From positions 156,955 through 220,954 of the forward strand of contig CAYZNK010000002.1 of NCBI GenBank assembly GCA_964479955.1: DNA of 64,000 bases. Reading direction: 5' to 3'. The notes beneath the pieces are model-generated. The model was given only the letters and a program-made list of their open reading frames with translations, made no database searches and was not told the origin of the DNA. The DNA is from an uncultured Candidatus Saccharibacteria bacterium (GTDB taxonomy: Bacteria > Patescibacteriota > Minisyncoccia > Minisyncoccales > Staskawiczbacteraceae). Position 1 is the first letter of the stretch. Each line of letters starts with the position of its first letter. The position numbers and the translations under genes are program-made. This document shows, piece by piece, positions 1 to 7,596 of this stretch.

Positions 1-584
1 TTCCCTCCTGAAATTAATTGTAAAGCAGGTTTTGTGTATGTGAGACCCAATAGAAAGTCGTTTATTATCTCTTCTGAATTAACAAAGTTGATAATTATTT
101 TTTCATTGATTTTGCTGAATTTTGAACTTGCTTCACGCACATTTTTGCTTATGCCCGTTAAAAACAAGTTATAAGCTTTCATAATTTCCGAAAGGAATAG
201 TAAAACAAGCTGAGTTTTTTGGGTTGTTGTAAAATCAATTTGGTTTTCTGAAAATTTATTTATTATCGGATTTTCATTATTCCCAAAAGTGACGGTAAAA
301 TCCGGGCCGACGGCTATTAATAGGGGAGCTGTTGAAATTTCGTTTTCTTGCTTTTGAGGAACTCGGACAAATATATAAATAATATCACCGTCTTTTTCAA
401 CACGGGGCATTTCATAAAAATCTAAAGCGTCTTTTAAAATATGAGGGTCTAATTTAAACTTTTTTTCTAAAAAGTTAATATCTTCTGTTGTAGGGGATTT
501 AACCCTTATCCAGCATCCGGGCTTAAATTCGGGAATCTCCTTTATTTCTTTGTCGTTTATTCTTTTTTGGTAAATTATCCTCAT
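1..584 (-). CDS. CorA-family Mg2+/Co2+ transporter, N-terminal cytoplasmic part (ORF runs off the left edge)
   Basis: Own translation from ATG at 582-584: MRIIYQKRINDKEIKEIPEFKPGCWIRVKSPTTEDINFLEKKFKLDPHILKDALDFYEMPRVEKDGDIIYIFVRVP..., open to nt 1. Resembles the CorA N-domain. Absent from the ORF track because there is no stop in the window. Confidence 0.5.
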   Translation of the reverse strand, partial: MRIIYQKRINDKEIKEIPEFKPGCWIRVKSPTTEDINFLEKKFKLDPHILKDALDFYEMPRVEKDGDIIYIFVRVPQKQENEISTAPLLIAVGPDFTVTFGNNENPIINKFSENQIDFTTTQKTQLVLLFLSEIMKAYNLFLTGISKNVREASSKFSKINEKIIINFVNSEEIINDFLLGLTYTKPALQLISGG

Positions 585-689
585 TTTTAGAATTTTTCTT
601 ACTTTTTTTCATGATAACAATTTTTTAAATATAATCAAAATATTTGTCAGCTATCATTGAAAAAACTTTAAAAAATGTTAAAATAACAA

Positions 690-795
690 AATCATTGCGG
701 GATCGTCCCTCGGCCGTAGCCCGTTAGGCTACAGCCTACGGGCGAGGCTAATGGCCCCGCCAGAGCGGGGTCCCGCTGCGGCGGGACAGGACATC
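690..795 (+). repeat. Decayed 5' copy of tRNA-Gln (tRNA nt 1-28) split by two GC-rich hairpin blocks
   Basis: 690-707 is identical to 1050-1067 (AATCATTGCGGGATCGTC). CTAATGG (748-754) and AGGACATCA (788-796) match tRNA 1067-1073 and 1075-1083. Inserted blocks at about 708-747 and 755-787 form hairpins (CCCCGC/GCGGGG, GTCCCGC/GCGGGAC). Confidence 0.7.
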
Positions 796-1044
796 ATGTA
801 TTTTGTATATATTTTACAAAGTTTAAAAGACCTTAAGTACTATATTGGACAAACTGAAGATTTTGATGGTCGTCTTGCAAAACATAATTCAGGACAGGTT
901 AAGTCAACAAAATTTAGAAAACCTTTTATTCTTATTAAAAAAGAAGTTTTCACAACAAGAGGAGAAGCTAGAAAAAGAGAAAACTATTTGAAAAGCCTTA
1001 AAGGAGGTAACGAATTCAGAAAAATAATAGGAAGCATAAAATAA
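796..1044 (+). CDS. GIY-YIG nuclease family protein (UPF0213-like)
   Basis: MYFVYILQSLKDLKYYIGQTEDFDGRLAKHNSG...RGEARKRENYLKS contains the GIY..YIG, R and E motifs. Start moved to ATG 796; the 751-795 extension in the ORF track is the GC-rich repeat. Confidence 0.85.
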   Translation: MYFVYILQSLKDLKYYIGQTEDFDGRLAKHNSGQVKSTKFRKPFILIKKEVFTTRGEARKRENYLKSLKGGNEFRKIIGSIK

Positions 1045-1055
1045 TCAACAATCAT

Positions 1056-1126
1056 TGCGGGATCGTCTAATGGTAGGACATCAGGTTTTGGTCCTGAGTA
1101 TCTTGGTTCGAATCCAAGTCCCGCAG
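1056..1126 (+). tRNA. tRNA-Gln (anticodon UUG)
   Basis: Manual cloverleaf: acceptor TGCGGGA/TCCCGCA, anticodon stem TCAGG/CCTGA with loop TTTTGGT, T-arm CTTGG-TTCGAAT-CCAAG, discriminator G. No encoded CCA. Confidence 0.9.
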
Positions 1127-1170
1127 CAACTTAGTGCTCAGTTTCGAGTGAGACCGAGACGCGTAAAAAT

Positions 1171-1812
1171 ATGGAAGTCGAAGAAATATCAAGTTACTTA
1201 AGTAAGTACAGAATTGAAATAATTAAAAAATTATCCTCTAACGGGTGGCGTCATTTCAGGGATTATTTTCTGATAAAAGAGAAATTTTCAAGAAATATAC
1301 TGGACGATAATTTTAAAAATGTTTTTTGTGCTTTTTATGTAATTAATGGCCCAATGGGCTTAAATGATGTTCAGAAAAAAGAGTTTTTTAAATTTTTATC
1401 ATTGAAGGAAAATAGCTTGGAAAAAATCTTAAGGCGATTATACGGGATACCAAGTTATGGGAAAAGACACAGATTATTTTTAAGCTTCGGAACTAAATTA
1501 TTACATACCATAGATAATGATTTACCAATTTATGACCGCAATATTGCACATGTCCTTGACCTAAAAAACCAATCAATTGGAACATTGGAAACGAAAATCG
1601 AAAATAGAATCGAGATTTACAAAGAGTTAAATAATAAGTTTGAAATTCTACTTAGAAACCGTGAAATCGTAAATTGTCTGGAGATTATGCGGAGGGAGCT
1701 TTCTAAAACAGCTGAATCAAGTGGCTTTAACTGGAAAGACAATCTCGTTTCTGATGCAAAATTACTAGATTCTTCGCTGTGGGCACTTTATGACTCTGTA
1801 AAAAATACTTAA
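1171..1812 (+). CDS. hypothetical protein
   Basis: 213-aa ORF of host-like AT-rich composition. No domain recognised. Confidence 0.6.
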   Translation: MEVEEISSYLSKYRIEIIKKLSSNGWRHFRDYFLIKEKFSRNILDDNFKNVFCAFYVINGPMGLNDVQKKEFFKFLSLKENSLEKILRRLYGIPSYGKRHRLFLSFGTKLLHTIDNDLPIYDRNIAHVLDLKNQSIGTLETKIENRIEIYKELNNKFEILLRNREIVNCLEIMRRELSKTAESSGFNWKDNLVSDAKLLDSSLWALYDSVKNT

Positions 1813-1813
1813 T

Positions 1814-2539
1814 ATGAAAAAGATTTTTACTTTTGGAATACTGATAGCGGCAACTTTCCTTGTGCTTGTGGTTATCTTTTTTTATTTACCATCTATTTCC
1901 AATACTAATCCGTCTTCACAAAACGATAACTCTGTTTCTGTCTGGAATGCAGAAACTGCTTCTTTTATAGACTTTGAATCGGATGAGGCATACGAGGAAT
2001 ACAAGCGAGAATTAGAAGAAATAAGAAACAGAGAGCTTACAGAATATAGTAATGCAATAAAAGGAACAATTGTAGAACAAGTGCAAAATATAGCCATACC
2101 ATCGTATCTTGATGAAAAACAGTTAACAAATCTACAACAAGGAGAAATATTGATTAAGGCACCAGCGAGCGAGGAATTTCCTGATGGTGTTAGTTTATGG
2201 GCTGCCAGCTTAGAAAAGAATAAGAACTCGTTTGTTATTGGTGATTTTAATAATGATGGGCTAAATGATGTAGCACATATTATAGGGTATACAGGTTTTG
2301 GTAGTGGATATTTTTACCAACTTACTATTTTTATAAATGATCACGGAAAATTAAAATACTTAATTCAGGGAGAACTCGGCGATAGAATTGTCATCAAGGA
2401 TATGCAATACAAATCTGGATTGTTTGTAATTAACATGATTACACAAGGTAAAGGCGATGATTTTATGGGATATTGCTGTCCAAATGTACCAGCAACTATC
2501 AAATTCAAATTAGAAAACGGTCGTTTAGCAGAGATATAA
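1814..2539 (+). CDS. membrane-anchored hypothetical protein with FG-GAP/VCBS-like loop
   Basis: N-terminal TM helix IFTFGILIAATFLVLVVIFFYL; GDFNNDGLNDV motif. Start is adjacent to the previous stop. Confidence 0.65.
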   Translation: MKKIFTFGILIAATFLVLVVIFFYLPSISNTNPSSQNDNSVSVWNAETASFIDFESDEAYEEYKRELEEIRNRELTEYSNAIKGTIVEQVQNIAIPSYLDEKQLTNLQQGEILIKAPASEEFPDGVSLWAASLEKNKNSFVIGDFNNDGLNDVAHIIGYTGFGSGYFYQLTIFINDHGKLKYLIQGELGDRIVIKDMQYKSGLFVINMITQGKGDDFMGYCCPNVPATIKFKLENGRLAEI

Positions 2540-2557
2540 AAATTCGTAATATTATTT

Positions 2558-3190
2558 ATGGCAAACATTGTAAAAAATAGATTAACGGGAAAAAGCATAG
2601 GAATAAAACATGGAAAAATAAAGGCAGGATTGGGTAGTCTCATTGGAAATACGGGCGAACATTATGTGATAGCCGAACTTTTGAAGAGAGGTATTATCGC
2701 CGCGCAAACTCCGAGAAATGCTATCGCATTTGATATTTTAGCAACTAATGGCGGTCGAACGTTCGGCCAAATGCTTGCATTAATCGCTGATAAGCGATTC
2801 GCGTACGCGGACAAAAAACCAAAGCCAACAGGAGAAGGCAAGAAACAGGAGTACTCCTGGGATCTCTCACAGTTTGAGTTTGAACGAGGAGAATGTGTTG
2901 CTATTGCAGAAGATGTTTATAACAACTTCCAAAATACCGACAACACCTTAGCCGAGGTTGCAGCGACCGGAGCGAAGGTTGTGTGCCTTGTCGGAGCGCT
3001 AAACCGTTCTCCGGTTTGTGACAAAAACTACAAGGGTCTGCCAATAATCGCATCCATCTGTGAAGCATATCCGGAATACAGACAGGATGACCCTGCTGTG
3101 GCTGCTGATATTGCTGCCGGCCGACTTGAACTGGAAGTAAAGAAGAACTGGGCTCGCCTGATGCGGGCAATGGCTGAACATTCGGCCTAA
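2558..3190 (+). CDS. chimeric hypothetical protein: PD-(D/E)XK-like N-terminus fused to a GC-rich foreign-looking C-terminal two-thirds
   Basis: The N-terminal GNTGEHYVIAELLKRGIIAAQTPRNAIAFDILATNGGR resembles the start of a small endonuclease fold. From about 2750 the DNA becomes visibly GC-rich and the protein loses that similarity. Confidence 0.6.
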   Translation: MANIVKNRLTGKSIGIKHGKIKAGLGSLIGNTGEHYVIAELLKRGIIAAQTPRNAIAFDILATNGGRTFGQMLALIADKRFAYADKKPKPTGEGKKQEYSWDLSQFEFERGECVAIAEDVYNNFQNTDNTLAEVAATGAKVVCLVGALNRSPVCDKNYKGLPIIASICEAYPEYRQDDPAVAADIAAGRLELEVKKNWARLMRAMAEHSA

Positions 3191-3211
3191 GGTCAAATTC
3201 ACTGAGACCGA

Positions 3212-3237
3212 CCCCTCAAAACAAAAGAGGGGTTTTT
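3212..3237 (+). terminator. intrinsic terminator
   Basis: CCCCTC-aaaacaaaa-GAGGGG followed by TTTTT. Confidence 0.8.
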
Positions 3238-3297
3238 ATATGCAATATATTAAAAATCATTTGATTTTTTAGCTTAAAAAGAGCAAAATAAGTAATA

Positions 3298-3969
3298 ATG
3301 GATTTTCCAATCAGAATAAACAAATATTTAAAGGATAAGAACATAGCCTCAAGAAGAGAGGCAGATAAACTTGTAAATGCAGGGCTGGTTTTTGTTAACG
3401 GAAAACGCGCAGAAAACGGACAAAAGGTTAATGAGGAAGATAAAATTTCTATTAAAGAAAATAAAAATAATAAAAAAGATTTAAAGTATTTTATTTATTA
3501 CAAGCCGAAAGGACTGCCCACTCAAGCCCAATCAGAATTTCAAAGCGTTATTTTACAATGGAAAGATAAAGGAGTTTATCCTGTTGGAAGATTGGATAAA
3601 GAATCCGAAGGATTGTTAATTTTAACAAACGATGGCAGGTTCGCCAGAGAAGTTTTATCAGATAAAAAGGCTTACGAAAAAGAATATTTAGTGACCACAA
3701 AAGAACGCTTGCGCGCAGGACTTGAAGAAATTTTTGAATCTGGCATGGAAACTGATATATTTGGAAAACTCTTGCCCGTAAAATCAAAAATAATAAGCAA
3801 AAATAAAATCAGTATGATTTTAAATGAGGGAAAAAAACACCAAATTAGAGTAATGTTGAGTGAATTAAACTATAATGTTACATCCCTTAAAAGAGTTCGC
3901 ATTGGAAAATTTGAATTAGGAAATTTAAAACCTGGGGAATCTAAAAAAATTAATCCTGGTCAATTTTAA
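3298..3969 (+). CDS. RsuA/RluB-family rRNA pseudouridine synthase
   Basis: S4 domain (RINKYLKDKNIASRREADKLV), catalytic GRLDKESEGLLILTNDG, and KHQIRVM. Confidence 0.9.
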   Translation: MDFPIRINKYLKDKNIASRREADKLVNAGLVFVNGKRAENGQKVNEEDKISIKENKNNKKDLKYFIYYKPKGLPTQAQSEFQSVILQWKDKGVYPVGRLDKESEGLLILTNDGRFAREVLSDKKAYEKEYLVTTKERLRAGLEEIFESGMETDIFGKLLPVKSKIISKNKISMILNEGKKHQIRVMLSELNYNVTSLKRVRIGKFELGNLKPGESKKINPGQF

Positions 3970-3980
3970 TTTTTAAAAAT

Positions 3981-4583
3981 ATGGCAAATAAAAAATATTA
4001 TGCATATTCAATAGGCAAAGAGCGGGGGATTGTTGACAGTTGGGCGGAATGCGAAAGAATTGTTTCTGGCGTACCTGGGGCAAAATACAAAGGGTTTGTA
4101 ATACAGGAACAGGCGGAAGAATGGCTGGATGCGGGAGCTGATTATAATATAAAGCACATAGGGTTGGAACCTGGTATTTATTTTGATGCGGGCACGGGAG
4201 CGGGCAATGGCGTTGAAATTAGTGTAACAGATGAAAAAGCAAACAGCCTATTACATAAAGTAATGCCTGAAAAAAATATTAATAACAGGGGTTTTTTTCT
4301 TATTCCCGAAGATGTCACCAATAATTACGGAGAATTGCTTGCCTGCAAATATGCGCTGGAAATAGCCATAAATGAAAAAGCAAAAAAAGTGTTTGGCGAC
4401 AGTAAATTAATTATTGAATACTGGTCAAGAGGATTTTTAAAAAAAGACAATGTTTCTGAAAAAACCGCCCAATTGGCAAATATGGTAAAAAAGCTAAGGA
4501 AAAAGTTTGAAGGCCATGGAGGAGCAATGATATTGATTTCAGGTTCAAATAATCCTGCTGATTTGGGTTTTCATAAAGGATAA
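3981..4583 (+). CDS. RNase H1-like protein with N-terminal hybrid-binding (viroplasmin-type) domain
   Basis: KYYAYSIGKERGIVDSWAECERIVSGVPGAKYKGF hybrid-binding domain; RNase H-like core NNYGELLACKYALE, GDSKLIIEYW, C-terminal NPADLGFHKG. Confidence 0.75.
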   Translation: MANKKYYAYSIGKERGIVDSWAECERIVSGVPGAKYKGFVIQEQAEEWLDAGADYNIKHIGLEPGIYFDAGTGAGNGVEISVTDEKANSLLHKVMPEKNINNRGFFLIPEDVTNNYGELLACKYALEIAINEKAKKVFGDSKLIIEYWSRGFLKKDNVSEKTAQLANMVKKLRKKFEGHGGAMILISGSNNPADLGFHKG

Positions 4584-4627
4584 CTAAGCTTAATTAAATT
4601 TTAAATGATAAATTTTAAATAACGGGG

Positions 4628-4655
4628 TTGACAAGGCAAAATAAGGGAATATAGT
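4628..4655 (+). promoter_or_regulatory. sigma70-type promoter
   Basis: TTGACA (4628-4633), 16-nt spacer, TATAGT (4650-4655), about 35 nt upstream of ATG 4690. Confidence 0.5.
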
Positions 4656-4689
4656 GTTAAGTGAGTATAAATTTTAATATTTTAAAATT

Positions 4690-5946
4690 ATGAATAGAAA
4701 TATTAAGAAAATTTTAACATATTCTCTAATAGTTGCGTCTTGTTTCGTTTTAACTTTTTCTGCCAATGCAATAGGTCAGCCTCCGGTTGTTGACGCGGGA
4801 GATAATTTATATTTGGTTTCAGGTCAGGCAGCAACCCTTGCAGGGTCAGCCTATGACGATAATGGAGGAACATTAAAATATTCATGGTCTTGTAGCGGAG
4901 GAAATCTGTCAAGCTACAATATTGCCCAGCCGGCTTATACTGCTCCGCAAATAATAGCTTTTAATAATTATCAAAGTTTTATCTGCACATTGACTGTAAC
5001 TAACAGCTCCGGCCTTTCAAATTCTGACAGCGTGAAGATATATGTAAATTATACAGATTCAATTAATGTGTCCGATATTAATGTAAAAACGGAAAATGCC
5101 ACCAATATTGCAAGCAATCAGGCAACATTTAACGGGTCATTTTCAACTAAAAACGATTTAATCAGCTATGTTTGGTTCCAATACGGATTCAGTTCAAATT
5201 ACGGAAATGAAACAGAGCATCAGGCAATGTCTGTGTCTTCGGGTTCTTTTTTCCAGAATATGTCATCATTATTTTTAAACGCAACATACCACTACAGGGC
5301 AGTTGCTCAAGACTTTTCGGGAAATAGATTTTATGGGCAGGATATGACTTTTCAAACCAAAATGAATGTTTTGAGTGATTTTTCTGTTATTTCAAAAAAA
5401 GCAATAAACCTTACATCCGGAAATTTGGGGTGGTCAAAATCAATAATCGCTAAGCCCTACGACGTTTTAAGCTTTTCAATTACTATACAAACAGATAAAG
5501 ACCTTAACAATGTTTTTTTGAAAGAAACTCTGCCTGCAAATCTGGCGTATAACGGAAATTTACTAATAAACGCAGTAAAAAACGATATTGCAAATCCTGT
5601 TAACGGAATAAATGTGGGCACAATTAAGGCAGGCGAGGTTGTAATAGTTTCTTACCAGGCAAAAGTTAACTCGTCTTCCGATTACGGAACGGCAAGTTTG
5701 GAAGTTCCTACAACAATAACAGCTGACCAAATAAGCCAAGTTATAGACACCGCAACAGTTGTTGTAAGCAATTCGCAAGTATCGGGAGCTGCCACAACTG
5801 CTCCAACAGACCTTTCAACTGGCCAAACAAATAATCTTTTTGCAGACTCATTTTTCTTGCCAATGATGCTGATTATTTTGGGAGGTTGGTTTTATTTTTC
5901 AGGAAGAGTGTATGCTTTTGCAGACTGGCTTAATAAATATCTCTAA
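4690..5946 (+). CDS. secreted/surface protein with PKD-like and DUF11-like repeats and a C-terminal TM anchor
   Basis: N-terminal hydrophobic signal; PPVVDAGDNLYLVSGQAATLAGSAYDDNGGTLKYSWSCSGG; C-terminal FFLPMMLIILGGWFYF. Confidence 0.75.
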   Translation: MNRNIKKILTYSLIVASCFVLTFSANAIGQPPVVDAGDNLYLVSGQAATLAGSAYDDNGGTLKYSWSCSGGNLSSYNIAQPAYTAPQIIAFNNYQSFICTLTVTNSSGLSNSDSVKIYVNYTDSINVSDINVKTENATNIASNQATFNGSFSTKNDLISYVWFQYGFSSNYGNETEHQAMSVSSGSFFQNMSSLFLNATYHYRAVAQDFSGNRFYGQDMTFQTKMNVLSDFSVISKKAINLTSGNLGWSKSIIAKPYDVLSFSITIQTDKDLNNVFLKETLPANLAYNGNLLINAVKNDIANPVNGINVGTIKAGEVVIVSYQAKVNSSSDYGTASLEVPTTITADQISQVIDTATVVVSNSQVSGAATTAPTDLSTGQTNNLFADSFFLPMMLIILGGWFYFSGRVYAFADWLNKYL

Positions 5947-5958
5947 AATAGCTTAAAA

Positions 5959-5982
5959 ATCCCCCTAAACAGGGGATTTTTT
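5959..5982 (+). terminator. intrinsic terminator
   Basis: ATCCCC-ctaaaca-GGGGAT followed by TTTTT. Confidence 0.8.
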
Positions 5983-5996
5983 GTACATAAAATATA

Positions 5997-6026
5997 TTGA
6001 CAATGATATTTAATATATGGTATAAT
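5997..6026 (+). promoter_or_regulatory. near-consensus sigma70-type promoter of a GC-rich cassette
   Basis: TTGACA (5997-6002), 18-nt spacer, TATAAT (6021-6026). Implies a leader of about 155 nt before ATG 6190. Confidence 0.65.
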
Positions 6027-6189
6027 TAATATATAGGGATAAAATAAGAAAATACGAAATTAAATATAAAATATTCAGATATGTTTAACTTCGTCTCTTC
6101 TTATTTTGGGGAGAGCCTGCCAAATTCTATGCGCGTGGAATTAAAGCAGGTTTTGCACATTTAAATAAGCGCGCTTTAGGAGAAAAGCC

Positions 6190-7476
6190 ATGGAAACTAC
6201 TATGACAATCGCCCAGTTGCTGTCCGCGTTGGCTCTCGAGGGCAAAAAAGAGAACGAGGCTGTGCAGCAGCCATACGATTCAAACATGTCACCCATGGAG
6301 GCAGTAAGGGCCGCAGTTGAGCGAGCGCGTCATGTGCCAGAATATATCCAGCGTCTGGAAGCGGCGATGCCCCACATTTTGGAGTTTTACGAGTCTATCG
6401 CTGATAACAAGGTTATCTGGCCTGACGAATCTGGCGTCATCAAGGGAAAGAACTGGAAAGAGATCATGGATGAAATTCGGACGGGCCTTTACTACATTCT
6501 GGACAGCTCAAAAGATCTTAAGGCAATAAGAATTGTTTGCCTTGAATTAATAAAATACAAGTTCAGGGATGGTATTACCCAATCGCAGGCAGAAAGAGCC
6601 ATAGGTGACTGCTTTAGCAGTGGGTTCTTCGTCACAGGCAATGAAGGTGGCATAATGGTTGGCAAAAGGAGAATCATTATTTCCGACAACTTCGGTTTGA
6701 CCGATGCCGACAAAAAGGAAATCGCCTCCATTGTCCAAAAGGCTTTTGCTCCCAAAGAGAACGAGACACCCAAAAAGCCTGTGCCAGCAACCAAGCCAAA
6801 ACGCACCAACACCGACAAAATCACCATCAGAGAGGCATGGAAGGGAAACGTAGGAATATTTGAGCTCCAGATTCCTACTGCAGAGGGGACCAAACTCCTA
6901 AAGATGCAGTCGGTAGACTCGGTAGGGGGTGTGGTTTTTGTGCTTCTTAGCGCCTTCAACGGGCTTAAGGACATAGAGGGGCAGAGCATTCCACTTTCCG
7001 CCCTTAAGGACAGAAACGGAAAAGTGAATCAGGATCATATAGGCGTTGTTTTTCCAGAAAACCAGACAGAAACGCAAAAAGAGAGAATAACAAGGCTGGG
7101 GCTGACCCTGCTTAAGGGTTTTCAATTCGCCCTTGAAGAGCGGCACGATATTGACCCCAAAGAGTTCTTTACCACAGATGTGGTCGGAGACTCTGTTCTT
7201 ACTTATAGGGGGACATTTGAGTGGCGCCCCAATAATGATGATTCTGAGGATAGAGATTTTGAAGACCTCACTCTCAGATTCCATCGTGGAAACGATGAAA
7301 AAATTACTCTCACTGAGATTCTTTCAGAAGAAGCAATGGGTTTTCAAGTCCTCAAAACCGCCGTGGGAAAAAGCTGCTCACCAGGACAAGCGTTTAAGAC
7401 TATGAAGCCGTTTTTCTGTCGGCTGTTTCTCCAGGCGACCTATGGGCAAGTTGTCCAAAGACGCTACGAGAACTAA
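6190..7476 (+). CDS. hypothetical protein (GC-rich ORFan, 428 aa)
   Basis: Long ORF in a visibly GC-rich block. AGGAG lies 7 nt upstream of the ATG. Lys/Pro-rich linker PKKPVPATKPKR. No domain recognised. Confidence 0.8.
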   Translation: METTMTIAQLLSALALEGKKENEAVQQPYDSNMSPMEAVRAAVERARHVPEYIQRLEAAMPHILEFYESIADNKVIWPDESGVIKGKNWKEIMDEIRTGLYYILDSSKDLKAIRIVCLELIKYKFRDGITQSQAERAIGDCFSSGFFVTGNEGGIMVGKRRIIISDNFGLTDADKKEIASIVQKAFAPKENETPKKPVPATKPKRTNTDKITIREAWKGNVGIFELQIPTAEGTKLLKMQSVDSVGGVVFVLLSAFNGLKDIEGQSIPLSALKDRNGKVNQDHIGVVFPENQTETQKERITRLGLTLLKGFQFALEERHDIDPKEFFTTDVVGDSVLTYRGTFEWRPNNDDSEDRDFEDLTLRFHRGNDEKITLTEILSEEAMGFQVLKTAVGKSCSPGQAFKTMKPFFCRLFLQATYGQVVQRRYEN

Positions 7477-7502
7477 GGACCTTCAAAGTCCTGAATGAAC
7501 AT

Positions 7503-7540
7503 AGAGAGGTTATGCAATTCAATTGCAGCCTCTCTTTTTT
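7503..7540 (+). terminator. intrinsic terminator
   Basis: AGAGAGG...CCTCTCT with an inner TGCAATT-C-AATTGCA stem, then TTTTTT. Confidence 0.8.
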
Positions 7541-7596
7541 ATTGCAATTTTTGCTTTTTAAATTTTAAAATAGTAAAATAACATACAAACACAAAA

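Noticed and set aside
751-795. N-terminal extensions in track ORFs (GIY-YIG 751-795; rlmN 10466-10576; dnaJ 19593-19628; xseB 14058-14075; 443-aa ORF 34940-35113; DUF763 21902-21967; murI 43685-43708; peptide 23815-23874)
   Set aside because: These extensions run through repeats, hairpins, terminators or the preceding gene. The conserved protein sequence, or a good RBS, begins at an internal start codon.
2756-2771. CGAACGTTCG palindrome as a LexA/SOS box
   Set aside because: The Gram-positive-type box is CGAAC-N4-GTTCG, and this palindrome has no spacer. It lies inside an ORF at a composition breakpoint. It is more likely incidental or junction-related.
6317-7405. Alternative-frame and antisense ORFs within the 428-aa GC-rich gene (6317..6529, 6492..6989, 6898..7284, 7133..7405)
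   Set aside because: These are expected by-products of GC-rich sequence. Only the 6190..7476 frame has an AGGAG plus ATG and spans the whole promoter-to-terminator unit.
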